NCBI GenBank assembly: GCA_016860985.1
Contig: BOKM01000001.1
Location: 399,462 to 463,461 of the forward strand
Reading direction: 5' to 3'
Origin: Patescibacteria group bacterium
GTDB lineage: Bacteria; Patescibacteriota; Dojkabacteria; GCA-002793355
Length of the DNA stretch: 64,000 nt
Shown here: in pieces, positions 9,354 through 18,063 of the stretch
How the letters are laid out: every line of letters begins with the position of its first letter
How positions within the stretch are numbered: position 1 is the first letter of the stretch
Position numbers and translations under genes: made by a program
The notes under the pieces: generated by a model
What the model was told of the DNA's origin: nothing
Databases searched by the model: none
Seen by the model: only the letters and a program-made list of their open reading frames with translations

Positions 9354-10325
9354 TTACTGCACAAAGAAGCCTTCCCGCTTCTTTATTGCATCGGTAAAAG
9401 CGTTGAGTTTGTTCGCAACAACGTAGCTAAGTAATTGTGTTGTTGGTTCGCCAATCTCTGCGGCAACTGTAGAAGCGTAGATGCTGTCTCCTGGAGCATA
9501 CTTACTAAAGAATTGAGTCAAAGTACAATTTCCACATTTCCAACCTGTACCGGCATAAGATGAGTGTTCTCCATTATTTATTGCTTTTATATATGCCTGA
9601 AGTGCACCATACCCAGCATTGTAGGTGGCAAAAACGAAGTAGCTTCCCCCTCGTTTGTCATACCTCACCCCACACGCTGCCGTTCCCCCGTATTTTATTA
9701 TCAGTTTATTTTTAAAATCAGTAGACATATTGGTTGAGGCATTGCGAATATTTCCTGGGTTATTGTTCTGGCATGCCCAGCCTAAAAAGCCATGTGTTTT
9801 GTTTGGTTCAAACCGGCAATAGGTACCACTCGTACAAGGGACACATTTCTGAGTGGTTTGAGGGCAGTTGGGAGCGACTGTCCAGGGTTTACTATAATCA
9901 ATTGTCGGAGTTGGAGTCGGTGTAGAGGTAGGAGAGGAGGTTGGCTTTGCAGTTGGAGTAGGAGCTGTCGTTTTGGTTGGGGTTGGAGTCGTTGTTTTTT
10001 TCGGCGTTGGTGTTGGCGATGTTGTTTTTGTCGGGACACTTGTTGGCGTTACAGTCAAGATTAGACTAGAAGGAGTTGGAACAATAGTTGTAACTTGCAA
10101 CACGGAAGCGGTGACCGTTGGCGTAATCTGTGCTACCTTTTCAACCGTATCCTCTGACGAAGCCCCGAAGAGTTGTTTTTTGTAGGGCAAAGCGTACCCA
10201 AACGATTCTGCCATTGAAACTCCCATAATTACTAGTGCTGCAAAAGCATAAAAAACCACGCGTGATACAGATGCATTTCTACTATTTTTTACAGTCATTT
10301 TCTTGTTGATACGATAACTATACAA
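9354..10325 (-). CDS. Membrane-anchored protein with Thr/Pro stalk and C-terminal NNPGNIR lysozyme-like domain
   Basis: N-terminal TM, long TPTP linker, then QNNNPGNIR, F.T...GY.AL and FFSKYAP, resembling phage virion/lysozyme-like NNPGNI domains. Confidence 0.6.
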   Translation of the reverse strand: MYSYRINKKMTVKNSRNASVSRVVFYAFAALVIMGVSMAESFGYALPYKKQLFGASSEDTVEKVAQITPTVTASVLQVTTIVPTPSSLILTVTPTSVPTKTTSPTPTPKKTTTPTPTKTTAPTPTAKPTSSPTSTPTPTPTIDYSKPWTVAPNCPQTTQKCVPCTSGTYCRFEPNKTHGFLGWACQNNNPGNIRNASTNMSTDFKNKLIIKYGGTAACGVRYDKRGGSYFVFATYNAGYGALQAYIKAINNGEHSSYAGTGWKCGNCTLTQFFSKYAPGDSIYASTVAAEIGEPTTQLLSYVVANKLNAFTDAIKKREGFFVQ

Positions 10326-10332
10326 GAAATAG

Positions 10333-10380
10333 CCCTGAACGTGTAGTTTTACCTAGAACGAAACCTGCCACGTTCCTGGG
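10333..10380 (-). terminator. Possible intrinsic terminator hairpin
   Basis: GAACGTG/CACGTTC inverted repeat closed by CCC/GGG and followed by CTATTTCTT on the minus strand, just after the stop at 10393. Confidence 0.35.
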
Positions 10381-10392
10381 AATGTCAAAACA

Positions 10393-10791
10393 CTATATCG
10401 AATTTCTTTTTTGAGCAATCAATTTCTGAACATACGCAGCTACCTTGGGGGGTAATGTACTAATATCAAGTTCTGCTCTTATCACTTCGTTGGCCATTTG
10501 GCTCAATAACAACGAATCTTGTCCGCCAAGGAATCCAATTTCTACTGCTTCTTCAAGTGATTTGAGCGTAGCTGCTTGATACGTGCTGGGTCCAACTGCA
10601 TTTCGTTCTGCCACGTCCCTATTTGCAGCTTTAAGTCTTCTCCTCCCACGACTCGTCGGAGCTCCTGTTTCTTTTTCTTCTGCGCTTTGGTCTGCTGCTC
10701 GTAATCTAGCCAATAATTCAGGAGTTATTTCCAACTCGTCTATTGGATCGGTTGCTTGCTTTGCTTTTTTGGTCTCTGCCTTTTCCGTCAT
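10393..10791 (-). CDS. Hypothetical protein
   Basis: 132-aa charged ORF starting 3 nt after the stop of the DUF2202 gene. Confidence 0.6.
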   Translation of the reverse strand: MTEKAETKKAKQATDPIDELEITPELLARLRAADQSAEEKETGAPTSRGRRRLKAANRDVAERNAVGPSTYQAATLKSLEEAVEIGFLGGQDSLLLSQMANEVIRAELDISTLPPKVAAYVQKLIAQKRNSI

Positions 10792-10794
10792 ACT

Positions 10795-11556
10795 TCATTG
10801 CATTCTACCACCTCGACGGGCACCTTTCCCCCGAGCTACATACTCTCCTGACATACTATTCGAAATAATCAATTGGAATTCATTATCCGAAATGTATTTG
10901 GGAACGTACTTTCCTCCATTATTTGTAATGAGTTTATTGAAAGAGCGAAGGTGATTTTCCGAACCTCTCTTCAGATTTTCATATACCCGAATAATATCTG
11001 GGTTACTAGTAGATTTCAGTAGATTGTTTAGATCAAAAATATCGAGGTCCTCAACTGTTGCACCAACGATCAACCCATTAACGAGCGATGTTTTACCTAA
11101 TGTAACTAGCTCAGTATAAAGCGCCTGCAGCTCCGAATCAGAAAATTTTCCAATTGAGTTTTGAGCGGGATCATCAATGCCGTATTGAGCAAGAAGGAAT
11201 TTTACCGCGTCAGTATGAGTCTGTTCACTGTTTGATATATTCATAAACACTCTTTGCGACCAATAATCACCGAGAGTCGTATATACATCATGTGCTAATT
11301 TCTCCTCCTCTCGCATTTTTAACAAACCTTCTTTTTCAGCATCAGAAATAGCTAGTTGTTCTCCTGATACCAGAGCGCTAGGAACAAGGTAGTTGTCACT
11401 CGTGATTGGATCACCCTCAAGTGTGGGAATTACTCCAACGGCGTTTAGAACTGAGTTCCGAATAGATGGGCTAACATAAAGGCTGTAACCTATGCCAAAA
11501 ACTAAGACTGCTATAAGCGAAGCAATCAGGAATATTTTTTTATTTTTATCTTTCAT
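10795..11556 (-). CDS. DUF2202 ferritin-like di-iron protein with N-terminal TM
   Basis: MREEEKLAHDVY, SEQTH, VEDLDI.DL and GSENHLRSF motifs. Confidence 0.85.
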   Translation of the reverse strand: MKDKNKKIFLIASLIAVLVFGIGYSLYVSPSIRNSVLNAVGVIPTLEGDPITSDNYLVPSALVSGEQLAISDAEKEGLLKMREEEKLAHDVYTTLGDYWSQRVFMNISNSEQTHTDAVKFLLAQYGIDDPAQNSIGKFSDSELQALYTELVTLGKTSLVNGLIVGATVEDLDIFDLNNLLKSTSNPDIIRVYENLKRGSENHLRSFNKLITNNGGKYVPKYISDNEFQLIISNSMSGEYVARGKGARRGGRMQ

Positions 11557-11593
11557 ACTCTTTATACGTATTAACTAAGTAAAATATTGCATA

Positions 11594-14500
11594 TTATTGC
11601 CCTGCTTGACACAGTGCATGGGTAGAAGTTCCACAAATAAGGTCGACTGTTTTCTCGGTTCCTAATAATGGCCGTAACGTATCAAGCAGCGATGCATCGT
11701 AAACAATCCATTCAGAGGGATACCTGCGATTATCAACTGGCGCGAGATTTCTCTTAAACAAAGGAACTGTATCGGAAGCATATACCCATCCGTGAATTTC
11801 TAGTCGGTCTGTACTTTTAGTCGTTGCGCCTCTTTCTCCTTTTGTGACACGGAGTTGTGCGCTTGAAGTAGCAATAATTGCTGCATCAAAACGGTCAACA
11901 ATAGGTGATCCTTTTCCATCTCCGGCAGGGGGGCGGGGTAAATCGCTTGGAACATCTTCAATTGTTAAAGAAGCGCCGTTAGCAAGTACAAAGACACAAC
12001 CATTACCTGCTCCAGCGGTTTTCTTTACTTGTCCTCGCATGATCAGATTACCCGTCACAAATATCACATTCGCTTTTGAACATGAAATATCGGATACCAC
12101 CGTTCCACCTGATGAGTACAGAATGTTCAGGTCTGCTTGCCCAATACTCGATAAACTCCCTGTTGTTTGGCACGTGCCAGAGCTTTCAGTGTTCATGCGT
12201 TCACAGTTTAGAATAGCAGTTGAGCGGAGCCGGTCATATTCATTGCCAGGTAAGAATGGTACATGTCCAAACAAGTCATATTCAGTTACACCATAGCGAT
12301 AATAATTATCGAATCCTAGCTGCATATTTTGCCCACCAACAAGATGTCCACCCGTCAATCCTGTTCCTTGAGCAGGTGACCCTGCAGTCATAAAATAACC
12401 GGTCAGTAGTGTAAAAGATTGTCTGGTAAAAGGTGCGTACACATTTCGAGTGTTGTCGTTTGTGGTGCCATCGTCCGTCGGGAGTGATTGAGCAAAAGGA
12501 ACAGCTCCACCCTTTGCACTGTAGACATCCCCATACGAGGTTTTTAACCACGGACCAAGAAATACATAAACCTCTTTATTTCTCCCACATCCCATGTTTC
12601 CAGCTCCATCGTAGACACACAATCCCGTTACGATTGAGTTGCCTGCACCGATTTCTTCACCAATTATTGTTATGGAATTCCCCGTTATGCTTTTCCTATC
12701 ATTTTTTCCATCATAAGGGATACCACCAATCTCTTTGAGTGCCCAAGCTCTATCACCAAGTGCTTCATCATCTAACTCCTCTTGCCGAATCATAAATCGA
12801 TTTGTCACTCCTTTGATGCCAGAACCACCTACGTTATCATTCATCGAAAAAGTAGCAGCAGCACCAGTTAATCCTTGCACCGCCCAAGAAACGTAGTTTA
12901 CTGTCGGAGGTATCGGATCATACAGCAACGTAACTTCACCTCCTGCTGGGCACATTGCGCCAAGACATAAATTGCGGGATTTATCAAACTTTAGCCATCC
13001 TTCATCACCTTTGCCAATTGCGTTCCCAAGTGGAGCGCTTACTTTATCAAGGGCACTCACAAATATTGAATATTCGCCCTCTGGCATCCCTTGCCCACCG
13101 TCTTTATCATTAAAATATACTCCAAAACGGAATGTTAAAGCTGTTGGATCTGATACAGAAGGAACTATCCCTTCTCTTTTAACACATGCCGCACACTGAG
13201 CAGGGCAAGTAGAAACAGGTACAGATACTGGGAGTACCGTGGGAACAGCGCTTTGTGATGAGTAGCAGATTAAGTGATTTGCATCCGCTGCAATTGCCCA
13301 ATCGTAGTTTTCAAGAAGTTGTGCGTTTGTTCCCGCGGTTATGGAAGCAACAGATGGCAAGTTGGAATTTGTGCAGCCAGAAGGGGTCTGTTGGCAGTCG
13401 GGAAAACCTTTCTCTTGCCAATCACGCTGACTTGCCCATTGCATCTTACCTTCTTTAATGTTGCCATTACTTCCAACTGTTTGTCCTAATTCATTAATAA
13501 GCGCAAGTGCAGAGAATTGCTGTTTAGCACTCCCCAATAAAGACGGATTAACACAAGTGCTACCTAAACAAGCAGTCGAAATTAAATTCCACGCGGCGCG
13601 CAGATTCACAATATGAGAGTTTTCTTTTTCAGAATACATTGCTTGAATACTATTTCTCATACCTGATTGCACCAAAGGCAATGCCACTACATCCCGGTTT
13701 AACGCTGTTCGCTGAAGCCAGATCCCTGCTTGCATGATATCATCGCTGCCATTTGCATCTCTAACTGTATACTCAACCAAGAGGGGGTTTCTCCGCTGAC
13801 TCATGCTCGTTTCGAATTTTTCTGCACCAATGGGGCATATTATTGGATCATCAATTGTTAATGACTCGCTACAGTAAGAAGCCCTTGCTTTAGTTTGACT
13901 CGAATAGGTTGTTCCCATAATTATTTGTGAACGACCATCAAGAAGATTTCCATTTCCTGTGGCACCCTTATCTTGCACCGCAGTCATTGAGTCAGCATCT
14001 GAAATAACAATAGAGGAAAGTTGAGGAGCTTGATTCTCTACTTGAATTGCAACCCTACAAGTCACTGGAGTAGAAGCGACATCAGGACCTGGCCCATCAG
14101 AATCTTGGTCAGCTATATCTATCTCAAGAAAACCACTACAAAGAGAACGTCCACTAATATTTTCAAAAAGCCCATGAGATTCTCGGGCGTCTACAAGAAA
14201 TTGTGTTGCTTGAGTAATCGCGGCAGGGTTGTCACTTCCATTCCGAACTGTTGCACCTATGAGCGATCCACCTCCAGCACTCTTAATAGTTGCACAAGAG
14301 TTCAAATTGCCAGAAGAGTTCTCAACTCTGACTGCCAACACATTGACCGTATCACCATAATCGTTATCTGAAACGGAGAGCGTAAATGACTTTGGCTGAT
14401 CTTCCCTAGTGAGTGAAATCGACGCAGTATTTATCGAACAAGAAGGTGTAGCATTTCTGTAAAGTGGATCACAATTGTAAGAAGAAGGTACGCAGTTATT

Positions 14501-15202
14501 ACACGACACACCCGTACCCTGGGGAACGGCTCGTGTTCTGAATTTTGTAGAAGACTCACCAGCAGGACAAGCAACAGGCGTACAATTACACGACTCCTCA
14601 AAGGTATACCACATCATATAGTCATTAAAATCGTAGTCACCGCCCCATTCGTCCCAATCGCCCCAACACTGCAAGGGACCAAGAGGATTACCATTGTCAC
14701 CGTTTTGAACCATGCTTCTAAAACTCGTACTGTCTGCAAAACCATAGTTCCCGTCTGGTTTTCCTCGACTTGGAGGGCATGGGCACCCTGTTCCGCAAGT
14801 ATTTGCATACGATCCTGTATTCTCAGTTTTCCATCCAACATTTGGATAGGTACAACTTCCATAACAATCGTATGTTCTTACAGTAATTCGATCAGAAGCA
14901 ACAACGTCCAAGGTCGCTGCTACTCCGGTAGTTGGATATGCATTTTGTATAACACTTCCATTCTTAGAAATTTCTAGCCGTTGCCCTCCACCCATCGTTG
15001 TCCAAATTCGGAGCTTTCCTTGGGTTGGAAACGAATTTATTGTGTGGCTGTTGCCCATGCTCCACAGGGCAGAATTGCATGACACGTTGGGGCCATTTGG
15101 GCAGGCGAATACAGGGTTTGTTGAAGCTATATAAACCGGCACAATAAGCAATACTATATAGGCAAGAATACTCCTTAATTTATTAAAGAGTTTATTTTCC
15201 AT
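11594..15202 (-). CDS. Giant Cys-rich secreted/surface protein
   Basis: N-terminal TM; many Cys pairs; DYDFND motif; PWLKTSYGDVYS and a beta-rich C-terminus; likely start at MENK (ORF extends to 15226). Confidence 0.75.
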   Translation of the reverse strand: MENKLFNKLRSILAYIVLLIVPVYIASTNPVFACPNGPNVSCNSALWSMGNSHTINSFPTQGKLRIWTTMGGGQRLEISKNGSVIQNAYPTTGVAATLDVVASDRITVRTYDCYGSCTYPNVGWKTENTGSYANTCGTGCPCPPSRGKPDGNYGFADSTSFRSMVQNGDNGNPLGPLQCWGDWDEWGGDYDFNDYMMWYTFEESCNCTPVACPAGESSTKFRTRAVPQGTGVSCNNCVPSSYNCDPLYRNATPSCSINTASISLTREDQPKSFTLSVSDNDYGDTVNVLAVRVENSSGNLNSCATIKSAGGGSLIGATVRNGSDNPAAITQATQFLVDARESHGLFENISGRSLCSGFLEIDIADQDSDGPGPDVASTPVTCRVAIQVENQAPQLSSIVISDADSMTAVQDKGATGNGNLLDGRSQIIMGTTYSSQTKARASYCSESLTIDDPIICPIGAEKFETSMSQRRNPLLVEYTVRDANGSDDIMQAGIWLQRTALNRDVVALPLVQSGMRNSIQAMYSEKENSHIVNLRAAWNLISTACLGSTCVNPSLLGSAKQQFSALALINELGQTVGSNGNIKEGKMQWASQRDWQEKGFPDCQQTPSGCTNSNLPSVASITAGTNAQLLENYDWAIAADANHLICYSSQSAVPTVLPVSVPVSTCPAQCAACVKREGIVPSVSDPTALTFRFGVYFNDKDGGQGMPEGEYSIFVSALDKVSAPLGNAIGKGDEGWLKFDKSRNLCLGAMCPAGGEVTLLYDPIPPTVNYVSWAVQGLTGAAATFSMNDNVGGSGIKGVTNRFMIRQEELDDEALGDRAWALKEIGGIPYDGKNDRKSITGNSITIIGEEIGAGNSIVTGLCVYDGAGNMGCGRNKEVYVFLGPWLKTSYGDVYSAKGGAVPFAQSLPTDDGTTNDNTRNVYAPFTRQSFTLLTGYFMTAGSPAQGTGLTGGHLVGGQNMQLGFDNYYRYGVTEYDLFGHVPFLPGNEYDRLRSTAILNCERMNTESSGTCQTTGSLSSIGQADLNILYSSGGTVVSDISCSKANVIFVTGNLIMRGQVKKTAGAGNGCVFVLANGASLTIEDVPSDLPRPPAGDGKGSPIVDRFDAAIIATSSAQLRVTKGERGATTKSTDRLEIHGWVYASDTVPLFKRNLAPVDNRRYPSEWIVYDASLLDTLRPLLGTEKTVDLICGTSTHALCQAGQ

Positions 15203-16559
15203 AGAGATATACCCATAAAATACCATCGAAGAGTGAACGTTTTATCTGCGTTACCTTTATTTGCTTTAGCATAACATTTGGATCTGAAGCAATTCCTCTG
15301 ACGACAACACCTCGCTTGATATCGTCTCCTTCAATAACGGGAGTACCTTTGTCTGCATTTGCAGAATATACAAAAAATTCATCGACAAACTGCATATACG
15401 ATTTTGAAATCGCATCAATTTGTTTTTGATCACGTTTTTGAATAGCGTGGTAACATGAGACATCAAGGTCTGTCATTTTTTCGTATTGCAAGAGTACGCC
15501 GTTTTTATCATATAAAGGGCTACTTGTTGGTGCAGTGAGTTCTGTTACCGAATCTTTTTGAGTAGGTAAATACTTCATGTACGCTAAAAATACCTTTACT
15601 GCAGGTGAGCTCCAATCTTTTGCTACTAACTCTTGTATTGGGCAGAGTGGGAATTTAGTTTGAGGAGCATTAAGGAGTCCTTGATCTTCAACCGATAAAT
15701 ACACACCATTTTCATTTTCTGCCATAACAGGTTTCTTAAAGGGTATCATTTGCTTTTCTAATTCTGGCAGTACTTGTTCAATAAAACCACTCTCTTCCCG
15801 TCCAATTAAGTATAAACCATACACAAGCCCTTCAGTAAAATGCGGAGATGAATCTTGGTCGCTAGCGTCCTTTATAAAAGGAAGTGCAAGTGCCTTTGCA
15901 AGCGCTAAATCTTTTTGCTTTACCATCTCCTTTCGTTCTTCTGCTGGCAAAATCGTGTTTATGTAATCTTTTGCCTTAACTATTTCAGGTTTTGCAATTT
16001 TTAATGCTTTAATTTGCATTGCAGTATCTTCTTTACCATTAGTTCGAACGGCGATTGCGTGCTTAATTTTTGCAATAATATTGTTCGATTGAATATCTTC
16101 GGCTTCGAGTAAGATTGTGATATTCCGAGGTTCGGTAGATTGGGTATATAACGTTTCTATCGATTTTTCGACACCGTTTTCTTCGTACTTTACACCGACT
16201 TTAGGGATGGACATGAAAAAATCGGGTTTAACCATCTCACTCCCCGTTAACCATGGAAATATCTGAAAATATCGTGAGGGAAAAAGTGAACAATATAACG
16301 AAACAGCACTCTCCGTAGTTTCAACCGAATATAACGTGCATGACGAAATAGTATAGCTACGCGAATTGTCCTTATTCGAAATAGCAACAGCACCCTTTGC
16401 TTCGGTTGAAAGCTTCAGAAATGATGTTGACCAAGAATCTTGATTATTCCACGCTTCTTCTACCCATTTGATAATTTGAAACACTCCAAGTAGGGCAAAT
16501 AGAACAAAAAGACTCCCGACAACAAACATTAACGCTTTCCTGTTGATAACGATCTGCAC
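15192..16559 (-). CDS. Membrane-anchored hypothetical protein
   Basis: 455-aa ORF with one N-terminal TM; TATACT box 5 nt before the GTG; overlaps the downstream giant gene. Confidence 0.7.
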   Translation of the reverse strand: MQIVINRKALMFVVGSLFVLFALLGVFQIIKWVEEAWNNQDSWSTSFLKLSTEAKGAVAISNKDNSRSYTISSCTLYSVETTESAVSLYCSLFPSRYFQIFPWLTGSEMVKPDFFMSIPKVGVKYEENGVEKSIETLYTQSTEPRNITILLEAEDIQSNNIIAKIKHAIAVRTNGKEDTAMQIKALKIAKPEIVKAKDYINTILPAEERKEMVKQKDLALAKALALPFIKDASDQDSSPHFTEGLVYGLYLIGREESGFIEQVLPELEKQMIPFKKPVMAENENGVYLSVEDQGLLNAPQTKFPLCPIQELVAKDWSSPAVKVFLAYMKYLPTQKDSVTELTAPTSSPLYDKNGVLLQYEKMTDLDVSCYHAIQKRDQKQIDAISKSYMQFVDEFFVYSANADKGTPVIEGDDIKRGVVVRGIASDPNVMLKQIKVTQIKRSLFDGILWVYLYGK

Positions 16560-16595
16560 AGTACAGTATACAACTTTTTACGGTAACCGCTAAAC

Positions 16596-18029
16596 TTAAT
16601 TCGCCGCTGCTCTGGTCAACCTCTCCATTATTGTTCTTCCTAAACCTTTTCGCGGAAAGGACTGTGCAAAAACAAGAGAATATCGTTTTGCATCGCACTC
16701 CAGCAGTGCCCCAAAAATTGACGCAGCAATTGACGACAAATCCCGTTCACTTCCAAGAATGATCCGATTTACTTTTTTAGGAATTAGTGTCGCGAATTCT
16801 TTTGAACAAAGGATGCAAACACTTTCATGTGGGTTTTCATTGATTACTTTCAATAAATGTGCCCTCCACTTCTTTTTTGAATTAAGCGGCAAAACCGTCA
16901 ACTTCCCATTCGGAGCATAATGTTTGTACTTTGTTCCAGGAGACGAGCGTAAGTTTGTATCGTCTTCACCGGCGATAAGCACCTCATGAGTCGGGAACGT
17001 TGTCTTCAACTCCTCCTTTGTAATTGCTCCTTGCCTCATAATCACTATTTGCTCTTCATTTTTTGGGAGTACAACCGTAGATTCAATACCAAAGGTCGTG
17101 GGGCCACCAAGTACCACATGAGGAACTTCACTACCAAAGGCGTTTATAACATGAGCATGGTGCGTTGCGCTGGGCTTTCCAGATTTATTTGCAGAAGGTG
17201 CTGCAATCGGAACTCTTGCCGCGGCAAGGAGCTCTAGTGCAAATAAATTTGCAGGAATCCTAACTCCAACCAAAGAAGAATGCGCGGTAACTACAGACGG
17301 TAAGTTGTCATTTTTTGGAAGGAGTACCGTTAAAGGGCCAGGACTAAAATGCATAAACAGTGAAGTTGCGAGCTTCGGTACAGTTTGAGCGACTTCGTGG
17401 AGCTGTTCTACAGACGAAACGTGAACAATGAGGGGATTATCTGCAGGGCGATTCTTTGCACGAAAGATTTTTTCGACCGCAAAGGAGTCAAATGCATGTG
17501 CTCCAAGTCCGTATACTGTCTCGGTGGGAAAAGCAACGAGTTCTCCTTCTCTAATTTTTGCTCCAAAACGCTCAAAATCCTGGGAGAGCCACATTAGTTC
17601 GGGGACATTTACGTTCGGTGGGAGAACATTACCATACAGTTGCTGAACCAAGAAGGCAAACACTCGGGAAAAGAGTGTGAGCATATGAACAGCAGCCGTC
17701 GGAAGATCTTCCCACTCAGCGGACTTCACCTTTTTCTTGTTTCCAATTGTAAGATTTACCGTATTCACTGAGCAGAAAAAATAACTAATCCGACTTTCCG
17801 GTATAAGTGGATGGGCACGTTCTGCGATACAGGAAACTATCTCAATATCCATTCCGATATCAGATTTCACTTCTCTTTTAAGCGCAACCTCTGGGAGCTC
17901 TCCGTCAAGAACTTTACCCCCAGGTAATACGGCAGGAACCCCTCTAAACGACGGACGAATTTCTTCGCGCAGATGCTCTACTATTAGTTTTCCTTTGTGA
18001 ATTATTACGGCAAGCGCGACACGTTGCAT
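16596..18029 (-). CDS. sua5: Threonylcarbamoyl-AMP synthase (Sua5/TsaC2) with N-terminal Nudix domain
   Basis: VAFPTETVYGLGA, KNRP.DNPLIVH, APSANKSG and SPGTKYKHYAP (SUA5 domain); N-terminal Nudix-like box PGGKVLDGE..REVKSDIG. Confidence 0.9.
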   Translation of the reverse strand: MQRVALAVIIHKGKLIVEHLREEIRPSFRGVPAVLPGGKVLDGELPEVALKREVKSDIGMDIEIVSCIAERAHPLIPESRISYFFCSVNTVNLTIGNKKKVKSAEWEDLPTAAVHMLTLFSRVFAFLVQQLYGNVLPPNVNVPELMWLSQDFERFGAKIREGELVAFPTETVYGLGAHAFDSFAVEKIFRAKNRPADNPLIVHVSSVEQLHEVAQTVPKLATSLFMHFSPGPLTVLLPKNDNLPSVVTAHSSLVGVRIPANLFALELLAAARVPIAAPSANKSGKPSATHHAHVINAFGSEVPHVVLGGPTTFGIESTVVLPKNEEQIVIMRQGAITKEELKTTFPTHEVLIAGEDDTNLRSSPGTKYKHYAPNGKLTVLPLNSKKKWRAHLLKVINENPHESVCILCSKEFATLIPKKVNRIILGSERDLSSIAASIFGALLECDAKRYSLVFAQSFPRKGLGRTIMERLTRAAAN

Positions 18030-18063
18030 ACCGAATTATACCAATTATCCAGACCTTCTGCGC

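Noticed and set aside
9354-10791. Prophage remnant around the NNPGNIR gene
   Set aside because: No terminase, capsid, tail, integrase or att-like repeats nearby
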